Translations under genes and position numbers: made by a program | Shown here: in pieces, positions 24,222 to 37,349 of the stretch | Layout: each line of letters begins with the position of its first letter | Position numbering within the stretch: the stretch's first letter is position 1 | From: Patella caerulea | Lineage: Eukaryota | DNA length: 64,000 nt | Direction: 5' to 3' | NCBI GenBank assembly: GCA_036850965.1 | Contig: JAZGQO010000014.1 | Coordinates: 6,790,208-6,854,207 of the forward strand | Notes under the pieces: model-generated | The model's input: the letters and a program-made list of their open reading frames with translations, nothing else | Database searches by the model: none | Told to the model about the DNA's origin: nothing

Positions 24222-25417
24222 ATGATATAATGAGGTATAACATTTTGAAGGCCTGTGACTCTTTTATTTATGGAGATACAGTTTTAGAATAATTGAAACT
24301 TATTTAGCGTATTGCTTGAACTATACATTGACAATTGCTAATTTTCAAACATGTGAAATGTTTTTGGGAAAAAAGTTTGTCTTTGGTCAGTAAAACCACC
24401 AGATTTTGACGACTTTTATCACCTAAACATTTTTTTTCTGGAAATTTCATGAAATAATGTGAAGTATTTGCAATATTACTTATGTGCTACTTTTGCATGA
24501 AATTGCCTTCCATAGAAACAGAAACAGATACTGTATGTCCCTTTATAGTCTACATTGGAATGATCGATAGACTTCAATTCAGTGCAAGCAATATCGCAAA
24601 GCAGGATGTTTGGCACGCAAGTTTTGCACAGACTCTGGGTCTGTTTCTGGGGCAGATACTTGTTATTTACTTGAATAGTACAAACTGCACCCTCAGACCT
24701 TTGGCATTGTCCTCAGTTTTTGACTCACTGTAACTCTCACTTCAGCTGTCCAAAATTGGGTCAAAGTCAGAATTATCATCATTTGTGATGAGATCGGAGT
24801 CCCCTGAACCGTTATCTATAAACATTTCCCTGATTTCATCTTCAGTTAATGTCTTAGCCACCCTGATATCTAAAAATGCAGCATTATGAAAGTGGATCTT
24901 TGTCACTGGATTATCTATAGATCATTGGAAAGCACATGAACAGACGAAGGCCATCATAGTGGAGCCAGACTACAATGTGAAACGAAAATCTGAGACATGT
25001 ACATTACTCGGCAAAATACGAGACTGGGAATACTGGGCCATCTTTCATTTCTCCCAAAAATGCGAGATTAGGAATTTTCGGACATTTTTACCTCTTGCAG
25101 AATTGCTTTGGGCCTCCCGCAATATTGCTTTGAGCCTCTCACAAAATTGCAAGACTGGGCACGTAAGGGTTAAAATCTTAAAGTACAACCGTCACTCAGT
25201 ATGATAATCTATTATAATAAATATTATTCTATCTACAAAAAATGAAATATAATAAATACATGTATGGCTATGTTTTAAGTTACATTTTTCCTGACATATC
25301 AATTTTGTGTACAAGTATAATGTTCATCCGTACAAATTACAGGAACTGAACTTAAAGGGAGAGTGTGAGCCCAAATTCAAAGAAAAATCACTAAGGGGGT
25401 TTAAACACTTACAATAA

Positions 25418-25693
25418 CCAGCAGTTGCCATGCAAGATATGTCCACATTTTACAAGAGATGAATTGAGATCAAGCTACAATCAAGGGCCATAATTCAAAA
25501 AGTTATGGTCCGAAATGCGTGAATATCGAAAAGAACTGACCAAGATCTTTGGAATATATTTTCATCAAAATCGGACTAAATCTTTTGGAGATAAACCTAT
25601 ATTTCAAGCTTTGTCAAAAATGGACAAAAGTTACGACCTGTAGTGTTGACAAACAAATATGTCTACATGAAAATGTGGGCGTATATAAAAAAA
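25418..25693 (+). mobile_element. Minimal complete HINE2-type element: head, one roughly 165-bp monomer and tail
   Basis: The head is ..ccagcagttgccatgcaagatatgtccacattttacaagagatgaattgag. One monomer follows (caagggccataattcaaaaagttatggtccgaaatgcgtgaatatcgaaaagaac..). The tail is ..gttgacaaacaaatatgtctacatgaaaatgtgggcgtatataaaaaaa. This is the hairpin gtctacat/atgtgggcg plus the TIR acattt.. / ..gaaaatgt. Confidence 0.65.
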
Positions 25694-26807
25694 TATGACT
25701 TTTGGGTGTGTTTGATAGTCTGTCATCTGAATCTGGACTTAATTACATTGTTGACATATTTCATCTTGTTCAGGATTATACTGGACATAAATCAAAATTT
25801 AACTCAACAGAATTAATATCAGAGTATTCAGATACTTGGCTGACTTCATATCAGGGTATTCAGATACTTAATGGCTAACTTAGCAATCATGCAAATAAAA
25901 TCAATACATACAATATTGATTTAGTTAAACTTGACTTGTCTAACAACTATTATGCACTTAAAGTACTGGTGAAACTTGATAATCCCTAATATAAACATAA
26001 ATGAGATAAACAATAATTTACAGGGTTAAAGGACTGTTGCTGTCTGTCTATTTTACATGTAATGGTACTGTTTTGCTTAATGCATTCCAAATATAATTGC
26101 AACCAGTTCTGTCATATGTTATATTGGTAAACACCTTGTCCTTTAATTTCAAAAGTACATCAAGACATCATTACATTTGATAAAAGACTAGTTTAAATTC
26201 TTGCCTAATTGCTCTTGCCACTTTAAGTATTTACAGGCAATCACAGAGTGTTTTAGTTATGCAAACTTTTAATGTTTGACCATACAATAACTAGCCACGT
26301 GTTTAATAAGTGTCATTGTTAAGATACAATATTGTGCTATAATAAGGCAAAGATAAAGTTACTTGCATCATGAAAATTTTATAGCCAATATTTGATGTCA
26401 CACAGACAATTGGAGTTTCAAGGGAGGTAATTAGAAAATCTCAGGTTCCTTGTTGTAATTATGTGAAGGGAAATCAGAGAGCCACTATTGTTTGATACTA
26501 GACATGGGAAATTAACCATGTACAAGGAAGATGTACAAACAATACAAATTTTGTTGTTTGTGAAACCTAGACGTATTCTACTTGATGATAATTACGTAGG
26601 TACATGTACATAGAATAGATATTCCTGCAATAATATTCAAGATAAAATATCTGATAGCATGTCAGATGGAATGGCTCTGCTGATTATTCAAATATAGATG
26701 AAGGCACAATGAATATCTATGAATTGATTTACGGCATATAAACAAATACATATTTTAAAACCAACACACAATCTGTTTACCTGATTGCAGAGCAGTCTAT
26801 TACTAGT

Positions 26808-27133
26808 GACAAACAAGGCAACAGTGAGGGTGATGTCTACTACCTTAATCACCGTTAATTACTCACACAATTAGCTTTTGATGAACATCGAGTGGTCAAA
26901 TTTCTTATCATTCCTCTAAACTTGAGTAGAAAATGCTCATTATGAAACTTAGACAATGTATTGCTGTAATGAAAATACACATCCCGTGTCCTCCCCTTCA
27001 CCCAATTTATCATGTTTCAAAGTCTCAACTTATCAAATTTCTCATGTCTATTTAAAATTATAGCCTAAGCAGAAAAAGATCATCATTAAACTCATTCAAG
27101 ATATTCCCTTGATGGACATCTCCACCAAGTTTA
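26808..27133 (+). mobile_element. Degenerate HINE1 fragment (head plus decayed monomers), interrupted at its 3' side by a SINE
   Basis: acaaggcaacagtgagggtgatgtctac.. is a head relic. ..tagaaaatgctcattatgaaacttagacaatgtattgctgtaatgaaaatacacatc.. and ..ctaagcagaaaaagatcatcattaaactcattcaagatattcccttgatggacatctccaccaagtttaaa are monomer relics. Confidence 0.5.
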
Positions 27134-27137
27134 AAGA

Positions 27138-27320
27138 GATAGGAGAGAAATGGGGTTTAACATCCACTTAACACAAACTATGTCATCTTGGGACTAACAT
27201 AGAGTAGAATTTGTTCAATAATTCAGTATTCACAAAAACCTTGAATAACTGTGAGAAAAGCGGAGAACCCCTGATGACTGAAGAAAACACACAAGGTTAG
27301 GCAGGCGATCTCGCTCCTTG
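27138..27320 (-). mobile_element. Deu-domain-type SINE fragment (minus orientation)
   Basis: The plus strand shows gagagaaatggggtttaacatccacttaacacaaactatgtcatcttgggactaacat..., the common SINE tail, then ..ggagaacccctgatgactgaag... Reverse-complemented, this gives ggggttctccgcttttctcaca, which is Deu-like. Confidence 0.45.
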
Positions 27321-28194
27321 TCATGTACTGTATCAAGTTTGGGATCAAAACCATTTCACTTTTACTCAACGACAGATGTAAAGTTAGATCAATCAGCGGC
27401 TCGATCAACATCCAACAAGTATAAAGATTCTATCTCAATTTTTAGCAAAGTCATACAAACCATTAATTTTTATCGCACGTTGTGGCTCACTATAGAGGTC
27501 ACAGGTAGGATCTTAGTATTAGTCAAGAATGTTTATCAGGACTTTCAACCCTTTGCCCCATCAAAATTCCCTGGTTGCCAGAAAGCACCAAGTTTCTATT
27601 GGAAACCATATATCTTGTAGTCCTCCTGCACTTACCATTATATGTTCTTGTTTAGTTTTAAAGTGTTCAATGTTTCCAGTACATTGTATGTTTATGACTT
27701 TTTCATTGTATTCATCCAGGTTATTATGACACTTAAGTAGTATGCAAAGACATAAGTGAAGAGAGTTTTGAATTCCTGTAATATTTTTGTTTTATAACTT
27801 CAAAAATATTTAGATCATCCATTCAACCTGCAAAACCTATTTTCATCTCATAGTTATTTCTAATAATAAAGGTAATTTTTTATATAAACAATATTTTATT
27901 CAGGATGTCTCAATGGGATTGGGGAAGAGGCTTAGCCTATGTGAAACCCCTCTCCCTAAATGTATTTTGAAGTTTAGACTCAGCTGTGTAAAATATGTAA
28001 TATGACTCACCTTACTTATTTTGTGACATGTCCACATTTAATGCATTGTATTCAACATAAAGGATTTTAATACAGTTAGATTAAAGATACGTGTAAAAGT
28101 GTTTGTAACTGAAAGTTATTTATAACTTTTAAAGCCCCAATAACATTCTTGTTGTAACTGAAAAATATGTCCCAATCTTCATTCTGGTCAACAA

Positions 28195-28487
28195 ATCGTC
28201 CTATTTTAGAATATTCCAATTAAATGATGATATAAATTTCATCTTAACACACCTAATTTAAAAAATTGGAAAAATTCAACCAATTGATTTGGAAAGTCTA
28301 ACGTAAACCTTTTCAAATGTGACTTGGATTTTAAAATATTTTCGAACCCTCTGGACAAATAAAATAGGTTGTAATGGATAATTTACACAACAGGTAGGAC
28401 ATTTAAACATCTAGTACTAAAAATAAGAGTTTTATTTATTTTCTGGAGCTACCAAGCCAGCAAGAATGTTATTGTCCCTTTAAATGT
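28195..28487 (+). repeat. Dispersed repeat R2, plus copy
   Basis: 28201 tattttagaatattccaattaaatgatgatataaatttc .. 28480 gttattgtccctttaaa is the reverse complement of 63721-64000 (gggacaataacattcttgctgg .. aattggaatattcgaaaataata). That other copy directly abuts a MITE copy. Confidence 0.7.
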
Positions 28488-29206
28488 GATTCTATGGATA
28501 TAAAACTCTAGTTTATATTACTAATTATTACTGGTACACAGGTTTAAAAAAAAAAAAATGATAAAATTATACAATACATTTATAATGTTACAGCAAGTTC
28601 TGATTTAGTTCCATTAGGAACTGTCTCTGATCAGACAACATCATCCGAACAGAGACAGTTAATGAAGGAACTAGTTATTATTTAATTATGCTTTCAATTT
28701 TCAAAAAATATATTTCAACATTTTTTTTGACGGCAACAAAATATGTTTGCTGGTGGCCAATCATACATATTTCATCTAGGATGTTATACTATAAAATACA
28801 GCACCATTTTCAAAATACCCACAAATAATATTATCAGGGTGGTAAAGGTAATAAACCCATAAATAATTTAGTTTATTTTCGAAAGTATTCTTCTTAATGT
28901 TTTTTTTTTCTAGGCAAATACAATACCTCTGTAAAAAGATAGCGGAAATGTGTTTATCCTTATGTTGAGAATATACAATCAAATTAAATGGGTGTATAGA
29001 AACATTACGCTGTCCCGTTTCATGAATTTCTCCTTATGGAAAGTTTTTTTTTCCTGAAGCAAAAAGAAAATTGTCTGATCAAAATTTTTTGAATGACAAC
29101 CACCCCTTTGCAGTAAATTATAATGAATTTAAAGGGGGGTGGGCCAAATTCGATTGCATACTTTGTATACAGAAATTTAGCTTTAAAATTCCTAGTCATT
29201 TCATTT

Positions 29207-29400
29207 CAGAGAGATCGATCGATGTCATTTAACTCTACTCAACACAAACTAGGTCACTCAGGGACTAACATTTGGCCCGACTTTATTTCAATAATTCGCT
29301 TGCACATAGGGGTCTGAAGAAAATCCAGAGGCTGGACAGGCACAAACTCCTTGCCACATACAACGAGGAATCGAACCACACCACTTGATTCACTGACAGA
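29207..29400 (-). mobile_element. tRNA-related SINE (minus orientation) sharing the common SINE 3' tail
   Basis: The minus strand reads gtctgtcagtgaatcaagtggtgtggttcgattcctcgttgtatgtggcaagg.. (a T-arm-like GGTTCGATTCC), then ..agacccctatgtgcaagcgaattattgaaataaagtcgggccaaatgttagtccctgagtgacctagtttgtgttgagtagagttaaatgacatcgatcgatctctct. Confidence 0.5.
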
Positions 29401-30687
29401 CTTTATGATGCAACAAGCACGTGTTAATCATTCGTCTACCAAACCCCTTCATTTCACTGAATATTTGGATAATTATATATAGAAGAATGTACTGTAATAC
29501 ATTAGGAATATTTTATAAAAACACACAGATTAGACTATAGGATTCCACAAACGGTTGTCTTCCACATCAAATCAATGCTAGCCACGATATAAAGCTGAGG
29601 ACCAACAGACCTTCCATGGTGACCATATATGCAAATAACAGCATAAATAATATAAGATGTTGTAGAATATTGTATGTAAACAATTGTTGAAGACGTACAA
29701 ACCTACCTTAAACATGTCCCATATATTCCATTCCTGATATCAATGTTATTTATGCTAGAGGTTTGGCAACAATAAAACCATGTTTACAATCCAATCTATA
29801 ATAAATTAATGACACAATATAGACCTGTTCATGGTGTCGTTGACGTCCATTCTGCAGTAGAAGAGGAGCAGACGAATAAAAAATGTGAGTCAAACCACAG
29901 TTTGAAGATATTGTGTGTTGATCATATACACACTGAGAACACTTTCAGGCAGCATGTGGCTACATGGAAGTAGGAATGGTCCACTGATACATTAGTATTG
30001 ATCCAATGCTTCTATTACTAATGACAACCAATGGTTATCCTAAGATGGCTGCTATAATCAGAGGGATGAATTAAACAATCAATATAATTTAACTGTTTCA
30101 CCATTTTATTGATAATAAAATCATCATCTTAAGGAGGAACAGTATTTAATTATGACAATTATTTCTGTTAATTGCGATTTTTCATGGTAATTATGTAATC
30201 TTATCCATATTTTTTTCATTTCTTGTTTTGTCTCTAATTTGAACGTCAATAGTATGCACAATGTTTGGAAACAGATCACATTTTATTTTGTAAATAAAAG
30301 ACTTAATATTGAAATCAGGACTAGTTTATAATAATAGTTACTGGTAATTACTAAAGAGTTGAAACTCTGACTTAAAAAGGATTGTTGAATTGATCAAGGT
30401 ACAAATGTAAAAGATTTATATACTGTTAAAAGATCTTGTCAGAAATTGAAAACATACTGAACATCATACTGAAGGTTTTATTTTCTTTTTTTACATCCAT
30501 TTCTGATAGAACACGTCCTTGAAATCTATCTCTGCTTTCAAATTTTATTGGTTACAAGGTCGGCAAAAAGTCATTGAGTTTGAACCATTTTGATATCTGG
30601 TAAGGAGTGGGGTTAAATTCTACTGTTAATTTAAATGCCTAAATTTGGAATTTTCCCTCTGTTCTCTCCCATTGTAAACACCCCATG

Positions 30688-30890
30688 CTTAAAGGGCCAA
30701 TCCGGATAAAGTTTTGGGGAATAAAACTGCTTAATTTTGTGTTAAAATCCTTTAAAATTCATAACCTAAGGCCCACCTACTAACCCGATATTTGTGATAC
30801 GCTTGTAAATAACTAAAACCTGACAGTCTTCATCTGGAAATGGAGACAGTTGTATTATACAGTATCTGGATAAAACCAGACTTTTTTCTA
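30688..30890 (+). repeat. Dispersed repeat R3, copy 1
   Basis: cttaaagggccaatccggataaagttttggggaataaaactgcttaattttgtgttaaaatcctttaaaa...cttcatctggaaatggagacag.. is homologous to 50165-50345 at about 75-80% identity. Confidence 0.55.
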
Positions 30891-31269
30891 TAAAGATAAT
30901 ATGTAAGTGAAATTTACCTTTTGTTATCAAGTACAGTGCATGGGTCATTCACTGTATAGACCTCTCAAGAAACATTAATCGATTATAAAATTGACCCGAA
31001 ATCTTAAGCAGTGTCAGGATAAGCAGTGCTGACATACACGCCCAAACGACTGAATATTTTGAGCTGAAATTTTGAGACAAGGTAAATACACCATGCCACT
31101 ATATTTTGGTCCATAAATTTCATAAATATTGGGACTTTAATTTTTGAGACTCTGTTCTTATCGGGATTGTCCCTGTAACTAAATTTAAATATGACATGGT
31201 AGTGTAAAAATTACCTGTTAATTGTGTGCTACACCCATTATTGCTTAAGCTAGTTTTGCTATAAATTTC

Positions 31270-32300
31270 CATGGTAAACCTCTTAAGTAGTCTCTTCAAC
31301 CAAATTCTAAACAGTCTTCCAAGCAACACCTCAAACATAACCTGTCTTCCAAGGACTTAATCAATCCAAAACCTCTTACTAGTCTTTCACTCAATTCTCC
31401 CCTTAGAAACCTCCAACACTACAATTTCTATCAGCAGGGTCTAGCTGGATAAGGTTTGAGAGAATGACTTTATTATTGTAATCTATTGTAAAGTAGGCTG
31501 ATGTATCCAGCTATATCTTGTATAAAATGTGAAAACAAACTGTTGCATTGTTATTCCTGGTAAGACAACCGTCTTAACTAACTGAAATAGATAAGAGGTA
31601 AATACACAACGTGAAGGGGAAGCCAAAGACGACAAGTGAAAATACAAAGACGATCAAGGACTGTTCTTAAATATGAAGCAGAGAAAAGATGTTGGATGTG
31701 GGATGTTTTGTTGCTTTGTACTTTCCACATCTAACCAGCGACTGCACAGCACTAGAGTGTTACAAATCTTCCAATTTACTTCTAACTTAGAAACCTATAT
31801 ATAGTCTTTTAATCAACTCATCCATGACAAATCATCCCACCCTTTGAAACCTCCAACTCTAGCCTTCCAATCCTTTTGTTGCTCAACAACCATCAACCTT
31901 TAATCCTACATGGTAGAACGTTAAACTCTGATTTCATTTCTAATCCCTCATTGAATTCACTGAACTGAGTAGATTGTCCTATCAATCCCTACATCTGAAA
32001 CCTTCAAATAGTCTCCTAATAAAATCCCCCAATGGAAACCTCCACTGTTAAATATTTAACTAGCCTTTTCAATTACTACTCCACAAATACTGTAAGTAAT
32101 CTCTCAATTAAATTCACCAACATTTAAGAAAAAAACCTCCAAATTAATCTTCAAGCAGTAAATCTAACCTATCTTCCAAAATACAATTAATCAATTACTC
32201 ACATTAAATCCTTTTCCCCAAATCGCTAAGTAGTCTCTCAATCAACTCCAGAAATATTATGCAATCAAATCTCCCACCTGAAAAAGGCTGAAACTCAATG
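31270..32300. repeat. Degenerate minisatellite / low-complexity CT-rich tract (about 32-bp units with ..tagtct.tcaa.caa.t.. and aaacctccaac), interrupted at 31440-31770
   Basis: The recurring motifs agtcttccaag, tagtctctcaatcaactcc and aaacctccaa(c/a) sit at roughly 30-35-bp spacing. Confidence 0.4.
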
Positions 32301-32510
32301 TCTTTCAAAACAGCTACCTCTACGAATCCTATCTCACAGGGTCCATAGTCTCCATCAGCTCCCTCCCTTGAGATACTCACTCTTCACTAACTATTCTATA
32401 ACATTCCAAGGATTTTCTCATCCTCATGTTTAACATTTGACCTATTTCTCTTGATAATTTCATAATAAAGCCAATAAATCTAAGAAATGTCTTTCCACTA
32501 CCAAATCAAA

Positions 32511-32880
32511 CCAGCAAGAGATGGATAGAGAACAAGATAAAAACTAAATAACGTTTTCTTACAATCAGGGTCATAATCCAGAAAGATGTAGTCTGAAATG
32601 AGCAAATATCGAAAGGGACTGAGATCATCTGACCAGACATAAACATATATTTTAATTTTAAGTTTCCTCGAAATCTGAAAAGAATTGTAACCTCTAGAGG
32701 GTCCACAACCTTCGTATTACCTACTATTACACAATTTGCATACAAAGAGAGGCCATTTCGTTGAGCAGCTTCCCAAAATTTGAATTCAATCTGCATTATG
32801 GTAGAATGGTGATATACAGTATTTAAACAGTTTTTAAAATCAGATTATAAATTGTGATCTCTAGAGAATCCACCAGCCAT
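32511..32880 (+). mobile_element. Diverged HINE2-family fragment (head-like plus 1 unit)
   Basis: agatggatagagaacaagataaaaac...caatcagggtcataatccagaaagatgtagtctgaaatgagcaaatatcgaaaggg...gtaacctctagagggtccacaacc...gagaggccatttcgttgagcag...gtgatctctagagaatccacc. Confidence 0.5.
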
Positions 32881-33394
32881 GGGTTCCATTTCGGCCGTAT
32901 ATGCTGGTCAGGACCTACGGCTTTGGAAAATGACCGAATCTGGATCAGACCCGTAGGTCATTTTGCACGCCGGAAAAATAGCATATTTTGTGCTAAATCA
33001 TAAAATCCGGGAGACGACGAAACTCCGTGCGTGGCGTGATGTAAACTATCGGGTATAATAAAATTAACAGTGTTCAGTAGCCCACGAATGGAAACCACTG
33101 CCAATCAATTATCCTTGTCTATATTATTGCTCTAATCATAATTAACAAAGGGGCTACATCAAACAGATTAAAAGTTCAACATTTAATCAATTTACTTCGT
33201 TGTGTTTTGTTTTATAATTAGTATCATTCTTGAGTTGTTGTTACAGCATATTTACGACTATCATCATTCGTGCATTCGTGCGGCAATTCACTGTTTGAAC
33301 TTCAAACAAATTAAAAACTTTTCTTGGATGTCTTCACTTGATCACAAATGATATATATATACAAGAATGTTAGCATTCTATATATCATTTCAAA

Positions 33395-34147
33395 ATGTTG
33401 AAATTCCTCACCTCCCAGAATAACAAAAGAAAGCGAGATGTTGATATTGCTGTCAATGAATCCGATCCCCCTTCCTCAACATCGAACCATGAGGATGACC
33501 GTTCCGCCCCGAAAAACAAAGTCAGCCGTAAATTCTCTACTAAATGGTCACACATATTCCCGTGGTTAAGATATGATGTTCCCCCACAAAAAGATGTACT
33601 CCCAGGTGTGTTTTTAATCCATTTATTCCTTTTATATAACAATTGATAGACGTCATTTGGTTAAAACAATGAGCTTTTACGATCACCGCCATTTTGACGT
33701 ATGTGCAAAAATCTTTACATGTTATAGAGTTAAAATATTAGCACGATATTATTTGAGCTCTCAAAATATCAATACGAGTTAATAAATTGATAAGTTTAAG
33801 AATTATGTTAATTATTCTACATGTATATGACTTTTAATTATTTACGTGTCCTGATCTTACGGAACTACTTTTTCCCTGTGTATGGAGAAAATAGTCAACC
33901 GCCGAATATGTCACGTACACACAGAGAAAGGGGATTCTCGCACAAAAACATAATTAAAACCAAGTTACGATGTTCCTTGAGCATGAAAAGTCTTGACGAA
34001 TTATTGAGAATTTCTATGAAGGGGCCACCACTTGCAGAATTTCAACCGGCACGTGCTTTACAGAAATGGAAATCCTGTAAAAACCGACGAGTATATACGG
34101 GTGTTGTCGTAAACAAATTAAGAAAATACTGTACTTTCGATAAATGA
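33395..34147 (+). pseudogene. Internally deleted hAT-superfamily transposon remnant (TTF-zinc-finger-type N-terminus plus hAT C-terminal dimerisation domain)
   Basis: ORF 33395-33646 encodes MLKFLTSQNNKRKRDVDIAVNESDPPSSTSNHEDDRSAPKNKVSRKFSTKWSHIFPWLRYD... The K/R-rich NLS-like stretch plus F..W...FPWL.Y is the start of a TTF-type zinc finger, as in ZMYM1-like and hAT transposases. It is cut short before the Cys ligands, and ccag|gtgtgt at 33606-33611 resembles a splice donor. ORF 33821-34147 encodes ..RTHRERGFSHKNIIKTKLRCSLSMKSLDELLRISMKGPPLAEFQPARALQKWKSCKNRRV.. This matches the hAT dimerisation consensus ERSFS.L..IKT.LRS.M...L..L..I.....F......W....RR. Only about 750 bp separate the two halves against an expected 2 kb or more, so the DDE core is deleted. 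Confidence 0.5.
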
Positions 34148-34454
34148 ATGCACCTTGTTATTGTTATACTTTATGTATGTATAAATAACTAAATGATAAT
34201 AATTGATTACATGTGTTGTTTTATTTATTAGGGGGATAGGTGGGTGGGTATATAAATGTCGATGTGAGATTGACTTTTTGTGTGACTGTCCTTGACCCAA
34301 TTAAAGTCGATCGACATTCCGATAGCATGTAGTTTTTGGCTTCTTATTATGTGCTTAAAATAGCACCACTTTCTCCGTGAGAAAAATGACTGGTTTTGAA
34401 AATTTTGAAGTGGAAGCCCTGCCACCAGCTAATAGCTAAAACACACAATTTTTT

Positions 34455-34620
34455 GTACAATAAAGGGTCATTATCCTGGAAGTTCAGATATGAAATGCGC
34501 AAATATCGAATGGAACCAAGATCTTTGGGTTATAAACATGCATTTCAAGTTTCATCCAAATCAAAACCAGACAAGACTGGATTAATGTGTTTCGGTGAAT
34601 TCAAATTTAAGTCACAAACA
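34455..34620 (+). mobile_element. Solo HINE2 monomer fragment
   Basis: aagggtcattatcctggaagttcagatatgaaatgcgcaaatatcgaatggaaccaagatctttgggttataaacatgcatttcaagtttcatccaaatc.. is HINE2 part-1 unit sequence. ORF 34396-34665 is its translation. Confidence 0.6.
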
Positions 34621-35877
34621 ATTTTCGTGGTACTATATCATCCTAGTCTATGTCAGTTTAGTTGATTGAATATAAGGATTGGATTACACTTACTTAGAAA
34701 TGCAAAACCTCAGAGAATATCATTTTACTGTCTTGTAATTTACTTTGACCACCATTTGTAAGAGGAGTACTTCGCAAAAACAGCTTGATCAATTCCGCTT
34801 TTAACATTCAAAGGATCCATAATTTTCTTTCTTGCTTCCTAGAATACATAAAACTTCCATTTATTAGAGGAGTTGTGTAATTAATTGTGTGGGCTTTATT
34901 CCATCATGTCTTTAAAGTTTAAGTGGGTGCATAATGGGTCGATCACTTTGAAAAAAGAATATTAACCAAAGTTGTACTCTGATAATTGATATTTTTCTCT
35001 TAGGAGTTATGAGCGTGTTGAAAATAAATTAGGGTGTCCTACAACAGACGGTATAATTCCTTAATTTCCTTATATTGAATGGATTTTTTATGTTTTTTTT
35101 ATCATTTTCTAGTCCGTCAACCCATTTTTTAACTTCATGATTTGATTAAGATAGTGTGTTAGAATAACTTTCTGGCACACGATTAGAATATAAATTAAAT
35201 TATTCTTGCACAATAATTAATCTGTGGCTGGCGTTATCAATAAACCTGGAGCCTCCAGTTTATGGGATATTCCCTGTAGTCAGCGTTTAAGCCAACAGCT
35301 CAATATCCAATATAAAACCTTTTACTATCTCTTATCCTCATCAACAGATGTTCCCTTCATCAAAGCCTTGACAGCAGATAATTTCTATAAATCACTAATA
35401 ATTGGATTAGTAATCAAATTTATATGATTAATAACACATCTCCACCTGGCAGTGATAATAACATAATTATATCAATACATGTATGAAATAAAATAATTTA
35501 TTTTTCAAAATCTTGTTGTGTGAAAAACATAAGATATGTCATTCAGTAAACTACCAAATTTCCATTTTTTTTTAAAATTGAACAGTTTTGAAGAATTCTA
35601 TTGAAAGACATTTCCCCAAATCAATGAAGAAGATCAGTTAAAAACAATTTCAGTAAACACTTAATACCACATTTCCTTTGGGGAGGAAGATTTAATTTAA
35701 TTTTTAGCTGAGTTACAGAAAATAAAGCGCGAGGCAAATATTAGATTATAGACAGTCTACACCACCAACTGAAATTACTGAATAAAATTGATTATTGATT
35801 ATTTTTTTGTGTGTGTCTTTTTTTCAAATGTTACCTTTTAAATCAACCAGTGTTTCCATGTAACATACATCCACATT

Positions 35878-36465
35878 TAGCGACAGATGGATAGAGAACA
35901 AGATAATATACAAAACATCATAATCCAGTAAGTTATGCGCAAATATCTATATCTGACAAAAACTTTGGGATATAACATTTAAGTTTCAACAAAATCAAAT
36001 ACAAAATTGCGACAGAGTCCAAAGCCTGCATACACGAAACATTTTATTTGCAAACTTTCATTATGGTGCAACGGTGATATATTTAAACATATTTTAAATC
36101 AGATAAAAAAAAAATGAAACCTCAAGGTCCACAAGCTAAAAAATATGATTTTTCGTACAATCAGGGGCCATAATCCAGAAAGTTATGATCTGATGTACAA
36201 GAATATCAAAAGGAACCAATTTCTTTGTGATCTCTAGGAGTGGCCATAATGTCAAGCAGTTTCGATCCAATTTTTACGAAATTTGAACTTATTGATCATT
36301 ATGGTTTAATGGCGATATATTCGATCAAAAGTAGTGAACTCTAGAGGGACAACAAGCTAAAAATACATTACTGGGGGCCATAATCTATTGTCTTTTTAAA
36401 TCAGATCAAAAATAGTGAACTCTAGAGGAACCACAAGCTAAAAATACATTACTTTATATTTTTTC
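35878..36465 (+). mobile_element. Diverged HINE2-family copy (head-like plus about 3 decayed units)
   Basis: cgacagatggatagagaacaagataat.., ..acaatcaggggccataatccagaaagttatgatctgatgtacaagaatatcaaaaggaaccaatttctttg.. and repeated gtgaactctagagg(g/a)ac(a/c)acaagctaaaaatacattac. Confidence 0.5.
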
Positions 36466-37349
36466 TTTTGTAATTTAAGTTTCTGGTGTTTAACCCGGCC
36501 TGAAAGTAAGACCTCTCAGCTAAAATGCTTCAAATGCCTCACTTGTTTTAAAAAATAATTGAACACAATGTATGATAATACTTACTTTCCCTGATAAATC
36601 TATGACAACACTTACTTTCCCTGATAATTCTGAGACAACTTTATTTCTATATAATTTTATAATCCAAAAACAAAAATTTACACTTTCATGAAGCTCCAGT
36701 CAGCAAAGTGTTATTGTTTGGAATTGTCACTAATGTAATCTATGATGTTACTAAAAAGGAAATGAACACATCCTCATGTATCATTTTATCTTGACATAAA
36801 TAATTCTTACATTTTTTATATGCAAGTCATAATGTGTTTCGCTAATTCTCATATTATAATTAATACACATACAAATGATTTAATTATCAATATTTGCAGA
36901 ATATATGTAAAACAAGCTGGACATAAGTAAACAGAGTGCCAAAACATTTTTTAAAAAATTGCATTCAAGTCTCAAGTTGGGCCATAATTCAGAAATACAA
37001 ATTTTATCTGTAACTCTGCTGTATAGGCTACACCAGTGTGCCAACCCTTAATCAAATACAATAAAGGACAATATTGGTGTCAGTCATTATCACATAATGT
37101 GATAGAACTGGATAAACACATTCCAAATATAATTTTACTACAGTGATCACTGATATGATAGATGCGTATTAAAGGTATCATGAATCGGAAGTAATGAACG
37201 TGAAAGGAAAACACAAGTTATCCCTCTATATAACTGACAGAAGTGACAATAACAGATATACGGACAAATTTCAGCTCACTAATGATTCCTAAAATAACTC
37301 TGGAAAATCAGATTTTCAATGACTTTAAGTCAACAAAGGGTCATAGATA

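Noticed and set aside
19948-24243. ORFs 19948-20244(-), 24013-24243(-) and 24048-24230(+) with CLSVCLSV / DRQTDRQTD runs
   Set aside because: They are in-frame reading of the (GACA)n microsatellite.
24740-24960. Minus-strand 49-codon open stretch ..LTEDEIREMFIDNGSGDSDLITNDDNSDFDPILDS* resembling acidic N-termini of some transposases
   Set aside because: It is too short, has a stop immediately upstream and no downstream continuation. It is probably a decayed fragment at best.
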